Below, piece after piece: positions 43,594-57,450 of a DNA stretch of 64,000 nt (position 1 is the first letter of the stretch; the number at the start of each line of letters is the position of its first letter). This DNA is from Eledone cirrhosa (Eukaryota), in NCBI GenBank assembly GCA_964016885.1, contig OZ024740.1:418252001-418316000 (forward strand), in the 5' to 3' direction. The notes beneath the pieces were generated by a model. It was given only the letters and a program-made list of their open reading frames with translations. It was not told the origin of the DNA and ran no database searches. Position numbers and translations under genes: made by a program.

Positions 43594-45230
43594 TCTATCT
43601 ATCTATCTAAGGCGGGTAAAATTCCCGAGATCCATGGACGAGTTCTCTCCAGCGGTCTCTGTCCCTCATTATCGCTGCCATGTCCTGCGTCTCCAACAGA
43701 CCAGTGTCTGTCCTTAGGGCATCAACATACGTTAACCTTGGTCTTCTTCTACTAGTGTGTCCATGTAGGGGCTCCCAAAGGAGCACTGAGTGCAATGTCA
43801 ACTCTGGATGTCGGTGAGCATGTCCAGCTAACCTCAGTCTCCTCTGTGTCACTTTTGAGCTGACTTTTGGGATGCTCCCATACAGCTCTGAGTTTTTCAT
43901 CCTCAGTGTATACTGATTAATGTTCAGAGCCATCCTCAGCATTCTCGTGTAGCACCCATCCACCATCTGAGTGAGTTTCTTGGTCAGTGTCCAAGTCTCA
44001 GACCCATACAGCAGCACAGACTCCACTACAGCAATGAAGAGGCGGACCTTCAGGTCTCTACGAAGGTCCGACTTCCACACCGATCTCAAGCTGTGGCACG
44101 CCGCCCAGGCCTTGTTCTTCCTCTCAACCACATCATCTTCCATATTCCCATACTCCCAAATACAGGAAGCCCTCAACCAATTCCAGCGGCTTCCCGCCTA
44201 CATTAGTGATCCCCTCTGACTTCTCAACATTCTCTACCAGATATTTTGTTTAAGTCTCATTCATTCTCAGCCCCACACTCATCGACACAGTCTCAACCTC
44301 CCGCATCAAATCCTCTGCGCCCTTCACTGTATTTGTCACCAAAACTATGTCGTCGGCAAATTCAGCATCCGATACCTTTTTCGCACTAACTCTCCTGCTC
44401 TGAGCCGGTGCTACAGTAAAGCCAGAGTCCTGGTGTTTCTCCAGTGCAAGGCGCATACAATAGTCCACTACGATGATAAAAAGGTAGGGAGCCAATGTAT
44501 CTCCCTGGAGCACTCCAGCTAGTATCTCAAAGAACTCTGTCATCCCATCAGGTGTAATGACTTGGGCTTTGGTGTTGGTGTAGAGCAGTGATATCAGGTA
44601 CACTATCTTCTTGGGGATTCCATAAGCCTGTAAGATCTTCATCAGGCAGCAACGGTCCACAGAATCAAAGGCCTTCCTAAAGTCAATGAAAACCATGACC
44701 GCAGGAAGGCACTTTGCTCTAGCTCCCTCTAATATCCTCCTCAGCATCAGGATGTGACTGGTGGTTGATCTACCCTCTCTGAAGCCCTTCTGATTGTCCC
44801 TGAGTTTCTTCTCCATCTCAGGCTGGATCCTGTTAAGAATCATCCTGTTGAGGGTCTTTGCCACAAGTGACGTCAGTGAGATCCCCCTGTAGTTGTTGGT
44901 GTTAGAGAGATCTCCCTTCTTTGGCACTGGGACGATGTTACTGATCCTCCACTGATTCGGGGTAACTCCTTTCTCCAGTGCCCCGTTACAGAACCCCAGG
45001 ATGATATCATCAAAATCACACCTCTTCATCACCTCTGATGCCACTCCATCTTCTTCATGAGCCTTGCCCTCCTTGATCCTCTTTTTGGCTCTCTGAAGCT
45101 CCTCTCTGGTGAATGGCTCTGTCTCAACATCCAGTTCCTCAAACAGCCGCCTGATCTCCCCAGTGCTCTGGGCTGTGGAGGGTGGCTCTCCTAATAGGGT
45201 CCTAAAATGGTCTAGCCATTTCCTCTTCCT
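43594..45230 (-). mobile_element. 5'-truncated RTE-clade LINE (second family); RT broken near 44180-44250
   Basis: NYRGISL, FIDFRKAFDSV, GVLQGDTLAPYLF, EFADD, LLYGSETW, RRLRLAGH; (GATA)-like tail. Confidence 0.9.
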
Positions 45231-46259
45231 ATATATATAACATATATATATGAAATTCACCCAGATTATGCTGATCGGATAACTACCATGTGGCTTGCTG
45301 TTTTCCAACCTTCGGTTTGCTTTTCCTTCTGTTGTTTACTTGTCTCACTCGCTTTACGCGTTTCACTTGTCCCAATAGCTTATTTTAGTTATTGCTCGCA
45401 CCAACCTGAGGTATCTGATTTTTAATGCGATGAAATACCAATGATGGTTGGCAAAATCACTGATGAGGGACTAATTTTATAATAGCAGCACGAGTATGCG
45501 GCAGCTAGAAACTGAAAAACCATGTGCGTTAATCAGTCTTTTTAAATATTTTGAAGTGAAACATACCAATTTTTCAGGGTACTTACTGAGGAGATCTGAT
45601 TGTGGTATTTTTTCACCTTTTTCACTTTTTCATTTATCGAAACATATTTGGATTTTAAAGTTTAAACTTATCTACGGAACAGGTTTGATTTTGAAATTTA
45701 AATTTGTCTAAGTACCACGGCTATTTGCCAATATGGTTTGTTTTTATTGATTTATTATTTTAAATCGAGACAGGCAAACTGTATTATTGTAATTAGTATT
45801 TTTCAATCTAGCTAACTTAGTCATTTACAATACAAACACTGATATGTTGGTATCTGTGTTTATCATATATATTAATTTATATTATCTTGTATATATACAT
45901 ACATACATTTTAAATGTGATCATGTTGATGAACCGCTCCCCACCACCATCACAAAAAAAAATTATAATAAATAAATAAATTAATTAATTAAAATAAATAA
46001 ATAATAACAATAAATAAATAAATAAATAAATAAATAAACAAATGAAAAATAAATAAAATAGAAATAAAAATAAATAAAATAAAATATATAAATAAATAAA
46101 TAGATAAATAAAATAAAAATCTAAACAAATTCTTTGGCAATTCATAATTGCTGAAATTACATTAGGCTCCTCCTGTATATTAGCCTGGTTGATACAAGTT
46201 TGGAAGTCCCACTGCATAAATGTTGACAAAATACATCCATGATGATTATTTACTATCAA

Positions 46260-46448
46260 TATCGGTAGAGGGTCGAACGCCATGCTTTGCAACATAGAGC
46301 TACGGCCCTTTATGATCTGAGCTCAAATCCCGCCGAGGTCAACTTTGCCTTTCATCCTTATTAAAGTACCAGTCACGCACTGGAGTCGATTTAAACGACT
46401 TTCCCCTTTCTCAAAATTGCTGGCCTTGTGACTATATAAGAAACCAAT
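46260..46448 (+). mobile_element. Nin/Deu-type SINE (further fragments at ~40790-40960, 46995-47100, 48200-48293, 50880-51030, 51482-51640)
   Basis: Shared core sequence. Confidence 0.75.
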
Positions 46449-46631
46449 ATAAAATTAAAAGGCATGCTGAACAAATGCCCGAGTTTACAGTTGTAGGTAT
46501 AGTACCGTAACTCCCGGGAGGCGGGGACTGATAGTGGTACCGTATTTACCTACGGCGTTTCTGGGGCATTTTAAAGTCTGGTGGAGTCCATTTCCTCTCC
46601 AGGTTTAAATACAGTAGAATTTTTCCAGAGA

Positions 46632-46678
<47 letters not shown>

Positions 46679-47294
46679 GACCTCAGTACTACACTGGTAC
46701 TTTTTTTATCGACATTGAATAGATGAACTCAAAGAACAAAGAGCCGAAACAAATAGCTGAAAGCACTCTATCCCACGTCTAACGACTCTACCAATTCGCC
46801 ACCCACAGTTTACAGTTAACCAACTACAATTACCACCCGAATGTATTCAATAAGAACGCTACTTTACAATAATGAAAGACTTTAAACAAAAACTGATTTA
46901 TTTTTTAATTTCATTAATGTAATCATAATCTAAACCACCAAATATGGGTGGGTTAAGTTTCAGTAAAAAATATGCATTACCACAAACATTATAATCCCGC
47001 CGAGGTTAACTTTACCTTTCATCCTTACGGGGTCGATAAAATAAAGTACCAGTAATGTACTGGGTAATTGCTGGCCTTATGCCAAAAGTAGAAACAATTA
47101 TGAGGAAACAAATTAGGAGGTGGGTGGCACTAAACTATCGTCCTTGTTTTATTTTACTATAATACACTGTCTAGCTCTACACCCTGACACTGAAGTGGAC
47201 CTAAACATCGAGTGCTCACCCGGGCTGAACCTACAGTAACTCCAAATTACACTCCCTGGAGATATATATGTGTGTGTTTGTATGTAGATATGAA

Positions 47295-47332
<38 letters not shown>

Positions 47333-47713
47333 TGTGTGTGTATATATATTAAGGAGGTTGCCCAGAGTAGACGTGGGCTCCGTAAGTGGCGGAGAAGGTA
47401 GTTCGATTAGGAGAGAAGTCACTCTGAATTAAAACAGTCATAGAGATGAGCAGACTCTTCAGTTATGTCAGACAACCTTTCTAGAGTTGGCAGCAAGACT
47501 AAATACACACAGCCAGAAAAACTCTGCTCAACTCTTCGGCAAGCACAATACGTAGGGTTCACAGTAATTGTGTATGATTAACACTAACAATGTTGGAGCT
47601 GTCCGCAGTAGTGGCTGGCTAAACTGGTCATGGATGAGGACCCTTTGATCGTCATCATGTGATTAACACAACCACTTTATCAAAGGGCTACTACCAAAGG
47701 GTGACCCAACGAC

Positions 47714-48058
47714 CACTGTCAGGTAACACTGTCAGGTAACACTGTCGGATAACACTGTCAAGTAACACTGTCAGGTAGCACATCTCAGGTAACATATCTC
47801 AGGTAACACTGTCACGTAACACATCTCAGGTACCACATCTCAGGTAACACATCTCAGGTAACACTGTCAGATGTGTTACCTGAATTATGTTACCTGACAG
47901 TGTTACCTGAGATGTGGTACCCGAGATCTGGTACCTGAGATGTGTTACCTGAGATGTGTTACCTGAATTATGTTACCTGACAGTGTTACCTGAGATGTGT
48001 TACCTGAGATGTGGTACCTGAGCTGTGTTACCTGACACTGTTAGGTAACACATCTCAG
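47714..48058. repeat. 13-bp-unit minisatellite (ggtaacacatctca/ggtaacactgtca) that flips orientation at ~47868
   Basis: Forward units 47714-47869, reverse-complement units 47868-48036. Confidence 0.9.
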
Positions 48059-49382
48059 CACCAGGATGGCTACATTGGAGTACATTATAGTGGCTATGGT
48101 TATGGTTATTCTTTTTTTACAATTTGTAGAAATATGTCTCTACTATTTTTACTAGTAAAATACTTTGATTTTGTACATATAAACCCAATTTATGTAATAT
48201 ATAATTGTTTCTACAATTGGTACAAGGCCAGCAATTATTCCAGGGCATTACTGGTACTTTATTTTATCGACCGCGCAAGGATGAAAGGCAAAGTTTGTGA
48301 GAGCACTGCTCCTCACAAACCCTAGGCGTTGGAGGGGAAGCCTATTTAGTCGCTGACCACTGGGCCGTGAAGAAGGTTGTACTGGATTGCATGGTACCTG
48401 TAGCAGGTAGAAGCCTGACCTGAAATATGTCTTTGTCAGCTGAGCTATATATGATGAAAGTTCTAGCCAAGAGACTGGTGTATGTCGTTGGTAATATGGT
48501 CGGTACCATACAAACCCGTTAGATTCTCAGCAGATTTATCTAAAACAACCTCTATCTCATACGACACATCTTAGAGAGGTTTCAGTTGAGCTCTGATCAA
48601 GTTAGATCAATCTACTGCCTCCAGTGGTGTATACTATCTCTACTTATTGGCTGTCCTAAGTGCAACCGGTTTCTGTCCCGCTTTCAGAGGTTGGATTGGT
48701 TCCATGTACAGAAGCATCTGCTCGGTGGTCAGAATAAATGACCACTTATCAGAACCTTTTACAAATCATGCGCTAAGTTCGTTAAGGGTATCCCTTCCCA
48801 CAGACCCTGTAAATATAGGATCTTGAGTCAATGCTACGGAATTTCAGGAGGGAGTTACTTATATTTATTGAAAAAAAAAAAATACCAGCAGCGAATTTGT
48901 TTATGCATCAGTAAACAAAATACTACAAGGGAGCCTCTATATGGTTACTCATCCTGCTAGAAACAGTAGTCAAATTCCCTTCAATCTACACCTTGTCATC
49001 AGAACGATGGAAGGACATATTAAATAAAGTAGTCTAGATTAAACTATGTGGAAGGCTTTGATGATAGAGCTAAAACAACAACAACAAATGTTATAAAGTG
49101 TAAAGGTATAATTTGAAATGGCAGTGGATTGTCAGGTGTCAACCAGGTGACAGTCAGGTGACACAAGTTACAAGGTGAATCAGATGTCAAGTTAGTAAAT
49201 CATTAGGTGACAGTTGCGTGACCAGCAATCAAAATTCAATAATAGAAAAATAAACGGGTAAAGGAAATGATTTGATGAACAAAATTGTATTAAATTTTTC
49301 TTCTCATCCTGGGGAATGCGGTTGTTGTTTAGCCCTAGGTCGACTCTGTTCGAGCAGATGTAATGGGAATGTATTGTTTTAA

Positions 49383-49606
49383 ACCTTTAGCATTTAAATT
49401 ACTGTATATATACTATTGTATTTTCATTGTAAAGGCTTTATCTTATATAATTATCTCACATGATATCGAATCTACAAGATTTTGATATTATTTATTTTGA
49501 GAAAATGACCTTAACATAAGTGTGAGCCACCAGTTACAGCCAGTTTGAACAGAATGAGGTGAGAGAATTCTGGCCGGATATGGCCGGCGGTTTAAATGCT
49601 AAAGAG
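49383..49606. mobile_element. piggyBac-type MITE with TTAA TSD
   Basis: Homologous to 8039-8244. Confidence 0.8.
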
Positions 49607-49905
49607 TTAATGTAATATGTGAATATTTGTAAGAGTTAGATGTCATTCAGTTACGTAATCTCTCATATAAAAAAGATACAGTTCAGTATGTCTGAACTTT
49701 AGAATAAGTGCTGCCTTCGAACAGACATCTCATGTTTAAAATAACTTTCTAAAGTGTAATATATCTTCCTCGCTCAACCGACCCGTAACTTCTGAGGGAG
49801 TCGTAGGGGCGACGTATTGACATACGGCGTTTCTAGGGCATTTAAAAAACCAAGATGAGCCCAACTCCTCCCCAAGTCTGAATACAACAGATTTCTTCCA
49901 GATAA

Positions 49906-49969
<64 letters not shown>

Positions 49970-50226
49970 GGTGATGGATGCTTAAAGCGTCCGTTTGCGG
50001 TAGGCTGTTTTAGCACTCGATGCTCTCATAGAGCAGAGTATGATATCACAGAAAAAATCTTAAGAAAATCTGCTTCGTAGAATCAAGTCGCATCTGAGGA
50101 CCTTGCAATATTCAAGGTCAGGTTCGATCATCACATCCATCGTGCCTCGGGCTGGTCGCCAGAGAAACGATTGTAATATGTCCAATAAATTCCATTCGTC
50201 GCAACACTGGTTTTCTTTTTTTCTGT

Positions 50227-50258
<32 letters not shown>

Positions 50259-50270
50259 ATATATAGAAAA

Positions 50271-50364
50271 GCTTCTACAGGACTAGAACTGTTTCATTCA
50301 GGAGAAATCACCAGGAAGCCCTGATGATTTCTCCTGAATGAAACAGTTCTAGTCCTGTAGAAGC
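50271..50364. ncRNA. Back-to-back pair of family A hammerheads (minus 50271-50319, plus 50321-50364)
   Basis: Minus: GCUUC-CUGGUGA-uUUCuccuGAAu-GAAA-CAG uucuaguc CUG-UA^GAAGC; the plus copy has an intact CUGAUGA but lacks the stem I 5' strand. Confidence 0.8.
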
Positions 50365-50448
50365 TTTTCTATATTAAATATTTATACTCTGCTTTGTATT
50401 GAGTACCTTACTTACTGTGGTTACCCCTGATTGAACCCGGAATAAACT

Positions 50449-50492
<44 letters not shown>

Positions 50493-50501
50493 TGTATATA
50501 G

Positions 50502-50720
<219 letters not shown>

Positions 50721-51106
50721 AAGTCAAGAAACACATATATATTTAAACGTAAGCAGAGATGCATATATGAGTGTAGTCCACCTGGCTCAATGAATTAATG
50801 AACTAAATAAATAATCATTGATCAGAGGGAAAAAATCGAGAGATAGAATGGAAGTAAGAAAGAGATATAGAGGAAGAATCGACCCCAGTATTAGACTGGT
50901 ACTTTTTTATCGACCTCAAATGGCTGAAAGGAAAAGTTGACCTCGGCAGGATTTGAACTGAGAGAGCAGAGAGCCAGAACGAATACCGCAAAACATTCTA
51001 TTCGCCATTTTAACGACTCTTCCAATTTACTGCCTGTGATATGATATGTATGTATGGTCCCGTAACTCTTGAGGGAGTCGTAAGGGGGCCATATTGACAT
51101 ACGGTG

Positions 51107-51347
51107 AAGGTGCATGGCTTAGTGGTTAGAGTATTGGGCTCACATTCGAAAGGTTGTGAGTTCAATTCTCAGACCGGGTGATGTGTTGTTTCCTTGAGCA
51201 AGACACTTTATTTCACGTTGTTCCACTTTACTCAGCTGTAGAAATGAGATGATAGAACTGGGGTCCCTATCATTAAATTACCCAAGACACCTCCAACGAG
51301 ATATACCTTGGAGGAGGCCAGCTAAACCTGCATAGGTGTGAGCTGTC
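51107..51347 (+). mobile_element. Second tRNA-derived SINE family (CORE/Meta/V-like domain) with 10-bp TSD acatacggtg
   Basis: A-box tggcttagtggtt, B-box gagttcaattc, core ccttgagcaagacact. Confidence 0.7.
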
Positions 51348-52445
51348 ACATACGGTGTTTCCAGGGAACTTTTTAAACCTGGCGGAACCCATCTCCTCTC
51401 CAGGTCTGAATGAAACAGATTTCTCCCAGAGAAGGGTAGAAAGTGAGAAAATTGAAGTGAGAAAGAGATATAGAGGAAGATTCGACCCCAGTACGTGACT
51501 GGTACATTTTTATCGATCTCCAGAGGATAAAAGGTAATGCTGACCTCGGATGGATTTGAACTGAGAACGCGCAGAAAGCCGGAACGAAAACTACAAAGCA
51601 TTCTATCAACCATTTTAATGATGCTGCCAATTCGCCGCCTGTGATAAATGTATACTCAGAATCAAATCATTAAAGAATGTATCATAGACAATATAAAGAA
51701 CCAGGGAACCCATCAAAATTCCTTGTAGTGAGACATCATAAATATATGTATTTCGACACTTTTTTGTATCATAAAACGCAACAAATTTCTCCCAATGCAC
51801 CATATTTCCTTAACCGCAGCGTTCGTTTAACTAAATACCAGAATATTTCAATCGATGTGAGGAATTAGTGTTTGGATTTAGAATCATTAATTGATTGATG
51901 TTATAACTCTGATATCTATTGATGAGTCATCATAATTCTTTCGGTCACGAGGGCACCAAGTCTTCGTTTTTATGTAGCGTTTCCCCGACTAGTCGGCTTC
52001 TCTAGGATATACTCGTGGGATGCGTTTAACTCGGGATTCGCCATTTTGTCCGAAGGGCGCAATTCAGATATACTACTTAAATAGGGGACAAAGAGTCTGC
52101 CCCTCCCTTCCCCCCTTCCCCTTATTCTCATTATTTAATTTTTTTCTTTTTTCCTCTTTGTATGCGAAATCTTTATGTAAATAAAGTTTTATGTATTTTT
52201 GTAAGTATATATAAACTCAGCATTTGTTAGCTAACAAATTACTCGAGTCAGTGAAGGAAGTTGTACTTCGTCACTCAGCCTGCTAGAAAGAGTAGCCAAA
52301 TCCCTACAAAACTCACCTTACAATCTTTTAAAAGAAAGGGAGAACACATTGATTTTTTTTTTTTACACTTTATAGAAATATGTCTACTATTTTTACTAGT
52401 AAAATACTTTGATTTTGTACATATAAACCCAATTTATGTAATATA

Positions 52446-52632
52446 TAATTGTTTCTACAATTGGCACAAGGCCAGCAATTACCCAGCGCATTACTGGTAC
52501 TTTATTTTATCGACCCCGTAAGGAAGAAAGGCAAAGTTAACCTCGACGGGATTTGAACTCAGACCGTAAAGGGACGTAATTGTGCTGGAAAGCATGGCGT
52601 CCGACTTTCTGCCGATACTGCCAATCCACCGC
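52446..52632 (-). mobile_element. Full-length Nin/Deu-type SINE
   Basis: A/B boxes and core. Confidence 0.85.
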
Positions 52633-52894
52633 CCTGTGCCGTCTGACTAGACGGAAAGGTCATGACTAATAGATCTTTGATTACATGTCTGTTCTAATGG
52701 GGATGATCTGGGGCCAAACAACAACAACGATGACAAATCACTCGTCAATTGTACTGTGTTGCAGCTACTGTAGTTATGTGTGCCTACATTTAGTTCTTAT
52801 TGTTGTTGTGGGTGTTATCTCAAGTCAGCCTTGATCAAACAGAGCTATGATCAAAAGGTATTCCTGCTTTAACCATCCCGTCATTTTAGAAGTA

Positions 52895-53238
52895 CGAAGG
52901 TAGACTGAAAAGTTCGTAGGCTGACTATGAGGGAGTGATGCTAGAGCTATTAAATCTTGCATGTATTAATTTCACCTCATCTTGTTAACTGCATTGTTGC
53001 TTTCCAGGGACTATGTTGAAATATAAACCTTAGTTAGTCATTCTATGAGAGTATCTTGGTCATAGGCTGACTATGAAGGAGTGATGCTAGAGCTGTGAAA
53101 TCTTGCATACATTAATTTCAACTCTTCTTATTAATAACTGAGATGTTTCTTTCCAGGGACTATGTTGAAATATAAACCTTATTTAGTCATTCTATGAGAG
53201 TATCTTGGCCAGTTTATGAACTTTTCAGCTTACGCTCA
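52895..53238. mobile_element. mariner-type MITE with an internal ~150-bp tandem duplication
   Basis: Homologous to 26437-26650; body repeated twice. Confidence 0.75.
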
Positions 53239-53516
53239 TTTGTGACTACATTACCAAATATATTTATTTACTTACTAATAATTTTAAGTTGTGATTTGGG
53301 TGAGATTTGGTTGCTAATACTAGTAGTTTCAATGGTCACATCAGTGATCCCCTTTGATAGCTTATTGTTCCTGTTTTCTTGCTAGTTAAAGGATATTTAT
53401 CCTACCTATGGACAGAATGCTGCTAGTGCGATACCAACCTACTATTTCTCAGTTGGCTGCTTGTATGTGTATGTGGTATTTTCTGCCTTCAATCTGCCGT
53501 CAAGTCGACGACATTA

Positions 53517-53709
53517 CAGACCTGTCAATTCTCCTCGTCCGACGAGGAGATCTCCCACCCACCTCGAGGTGGGTGAGAGATGTCTTCTCTTGTGAAAATG
53601 AGTATAGCTTTCATTATGTAAAATTTCCCCATATGCCTCATTTCTTCCCGTTTTGGGGAACTTTTTTCATAGCACTCCCCGTTTGGGTTTTTAGAGGTTG
53701 GCAAGTCTG
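53517..53709 (+). mobile_element. MITE with CAGAC- TIRs and 6-bp TSD (acatta)
   Basis: acatta|CAGACCTGTCAA ... TTGGCAAGTCTG|acatta. Confidence 0.8.
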
Positions 53710-53842
53710 ACATTACTATGTGTTTCCCATGGAATTATCGTGGTTTTCTCATGCTTTCGTTTTCTTTCCAAGATACCACCTTGTCGGCTACAGTCGCTTC
53801 TAAGGGATCCCATCTCAGTATTTGATTCGTATTTTATCTATT

Positions 53843-54295
53843 CAGACCTGCAACCTCTAAAAACCAAAACGAGGAGTATCATGAAATAAAGTGCTCCAAA
53901 ACGGGGAGTGCCATGAAAAAAAAGTACCCCAAAACGAGGAGTACCATGAAATAAAGTGCTCCAAAACGGGGAGTGCCATGAAAAAAAGTACCCCAAAACG
54001 AGGAATACCATGAAATAAAGTGCTCCAAAACGGCGAGTGCCATGAAAAAAAGTACCCCAAAACGAGGAATACCATGAAATAAAGTGCTCCAAAACGGGGA
54101 GTGCCATGAAAAAAAGTACCCTAAAACGAGGAGTGCCATGAAAAAAAGTGCTCCAAAACGGGGAGAAATGAGGCAAAATGAGAAGATTTTACACAATGAA
54201 AGCTATACCCATTTTCACAAGAGAAAACATCTCTCACCCACCCCGCAAAGGTTATTGCAAATCTCCACGTCGGACGGGGATAGTTGACAGGTCTG
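53843..54295 (-). mobile_element. Same MITE family, inverted, 6-bp TSD (tctatt), with expanded internal ~61-bp tandem repeat
   Basis: tctatt|CAGACCTGCAA ... TTGACAGGTCTG|tctatt. Confidence 0.8.
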
Positions 54296-54682
54296 TCTAT
54301 TGACAGTGAAAGGATAAATGACAAAATTAACCCCGACGAGATTTCAATTCAGGGATCAGTGAACTCGAACAACTACACAAAACATTGTATTCCACGCTTT
54401 AATGAATCTATCAATTCACCGATTTTCTGGGGGGTATTTAACTACCTAATCATTTTCATTCATCAGTCATTCGTCATCCTTTTTTTCAGATCTTCTAAAC
54501 GGGATTCCATTTCTCAATCTACTCCCGGGTCCCAAATAAGAGTTTGGGATTGGACACTTTCTTAAATTCTTATTAGCTGGGTGAGTGATAGGGGTGGAAT
54601 AAACGAGGTAGGGGAAAATCGGTAATTGTAGTGCACGTTCGTAAATGTGGGGTTTCTTGCAATGTTCTTCTTTTGTCATATA

Positions 54683-54872
54683 TAATTGTTTCTACTTTTG
54701 GCACAAGGCCAGCAATTACCCTGTGCATTACTGGTACTTTATTTTATCGACCCCGTAAGGATGAAAGGCAAAGTTAACCTCAACGGGATTTGAACTCAGA
54801 ATGGCAAGGGCCATAACTCTATGCGTCAAAGCATGGCGTCCGACCCTCTACCGATACTGCCAATCCACCGCC
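54683..54872 (-). mobile_element. Full-length Nin/Deu-type SINE with 14-bp TSD
   Basis: TSD tcttttgtcatata on both flanks. Confidence 0.9.
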
Positions 54873-56139
54873 TCTTTTGTCATATACGAGTATGTTTTTT
54901 TTTAATGTAAAATAAAATAATTATTAGAATCTCCAGCTGCTGTATCGGTATGAATCACTTATAATAAGATTTTGCCGGAGATAGATTAGAAAAATTTAAT
55001 AATTTAATAAGCGGGGTGCGGTTATTCAAGACCTGAGAGTATATTTTCCTCATTTTATTTGTCTCTTCTCTTTTTTATTATTTAGTCAGAGGGAAAAAAC
55101 AAATATCACCTCGGAATTTCCACCTCCGAAGCTGGCGAAAGAAAGGGATGATGAAGCTATGTCTCATGTGTTACATCTTTAAGAAGCAGCCTGTCAAATT
55201 ATCGAGTTATCTATCTTTAAACCTGGTCCTATACTAACAAGAGTTATCTTCACTGAATGTACCCAAAGGTCATGTTATAGTGTTAAAATGGGCGACGGAT
55301 TTAATTTGTCAGTCAAAATATATCTTGTGGTTTGTTGATTTTCTGTGTATCTTTCTAGCACCCAACCTGAAATTTAAAGATTAACTCTACCCCCACCTTC
55401 CTACTAAATAACCAGCGCCTACACACTCTATGATTCCATATAGATTACTGTATGGTTATTTTAAGTTCAGATTTTAAGCTCTGAAATTATTAACTATAAA
55501 GACACTTATCTATTTATTTTTAAATTATAAAAATATGAGCAAAATATCGAAGACGAAAAAATAAACTTAATTTGTAGCCAGCAGATAGATAAAAAAAGAA
55601 AGATTTAAAACAAACAAGATTTTTAAAAATTGAAAACACAAATATAGACATTATGTATGGACTATCCATCTTTAGAACATTTTAATATTTTCTTTATTTT
55701 TCTCCTATTGTCATTGCTTTCCTTTTACCTCAAAATAAAGCTTTATTTTGTAGAACTGTAACAGAATTCATACCTTTTTTTATTTTTATTTTTTGAAATT
55801 TTCATTCCACATTACTATTTATCCATTTCTTATCTATTTTGTTTATTTGTTTTTGTTATTTTGGTATGGATAATGTTTGGAAACAGTGAAGGACAACTTT
55901 CAAACATAACGAATCCTTAGGGGCCAGGTGTTAATAGAAACGACGCCGTTCTGTCGTAGTATTGATTGGTTTAGCATGTGTAAAAGATCGTCAACATGGC
56001 TGCTTTGCTAAAACGCCAGCCAATATTAACAGACCAGACGCCTGTGTTTGCTTAACATTCGCTTCAGTACAGTTTTGTCAGTGGCACCACAAGAAGTAAA
56101 TTCATTTTTGTCAGTCTTTTGATTTCTATGTGCGTGCGC

Positions 56140-56174
<35 letters not shown>

Positions 56175-56589
56175 CGCGCGCGCGCCTGTGTGTATGCGCC
56201 TGTATGTGTGTGCGTGTGCATCTGTGTATGCTCTATAGTATTTTGTTTGACTGCATGTGTAAGTGCATGTATGTGTGTGGTGTGTGTGTATGTGTGTGTA
56301 TACGCTATGATGTTTTGTTTGAGCGCATGTGTAAGTGCATGTATATGTGTGTGGTGTGTGTGTATGTGTATGTATGCGCTATGATGTTTTGTTTGAGTGC
56401 ATGTGTAAGTGCACGTGTATGTTTGAATGTGTGCACAAATACGGTGCAAGCAAGTGTTGATATCTGTATGTGTATAGAAAGATATTCCTCCTTCAATGTA
56501 GATATCTATATATGTATAGAGAGATATTCCTTCAGTGATATCTATATATGTAGAGAGACATATTCTTTCAATGATATCTATATACGTAT

Positions 56590-57450
56590 AGAGAGATAGT
56601 CAATGTAGATATCTATATATGTAGAGAGAGATATCCAATGTAGATATCTATATATGTATAGAGAGATATCCAATGTAGATATCTATATATGTATAGAGAG
56701 ATATCCAATGTAGATATCTATATATGTAGAGAGAGATATCCAATGTAGATATCTATATATGTATAGAGAGATATCCAATGTAGATATCTATATATGTAGA
56801 GAGAGATATCCAATGTAGATATCTATATATGTAGAGAGAGATATCCAATGTAGATATCTATATATGTAGAGAGAGATATCCAATGTAGATATCTATATAT
56901 GTAGAGAGAGATATCCAATGTAGATATCTATATATGTAGAGAGAGATATCCAATGTAGATATCTATATATGTAGAGAGAGATAGTCAATGTAGATATCTA
57001 TATATGTAAAGAGAGATAGTCAATGTAGATATCTATATATGTAGAGAGAGATATCCAATGTAGATATCTATATATGTATAGAGAGATATCCAATGTAGAT
57101 ATCTATATATGTATAGAGAGATATCCAATGTAGATATCTATATATGTAGAGAGAGATATCCAATGTAGATATCTATATATGTATAGAGAGATATCCAATG
57201 TAGATATCTATATATGTAGAGAGAGATATCCAATGTAGATATCTATATATGTAGAGAGAGATATCCAATGTAGATATCTATATATGTATAGAGAGATATC
57301 CAATGTAGATATCTATATATGTATAGAGAGATATCCAATGTAGATATCTATATATGTAGAGAGAGATATCCAATGTAGATATCTATATATGTAGAGAGAG
57401 ATATCCAATGTAGATATCTATATATGTATAGAGAGATATCCAACGTAGAT
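56590..57450. repeat. 35-bp minisatellite, ~24 copies
   Basis: Unit caatgtagatatctatatatgtagagagagatatc. Confidence 0.95.

Noticed and set aside
45460-45515. CTGATGAG...GAAAC hammerhead
   Set aside because: Stems I-III could not be paired
51107-51180. tRNA gene
   Set aside because: A/B boxes continue into a SINE body flanked by a TSD; no complete cloverleaf
53870-54170. CRISPR-like array (also considered for 56590-57450 and 47714-48058)
   Set aside because: No unique spacers and no cas genes; eukaryotic tandem repeats
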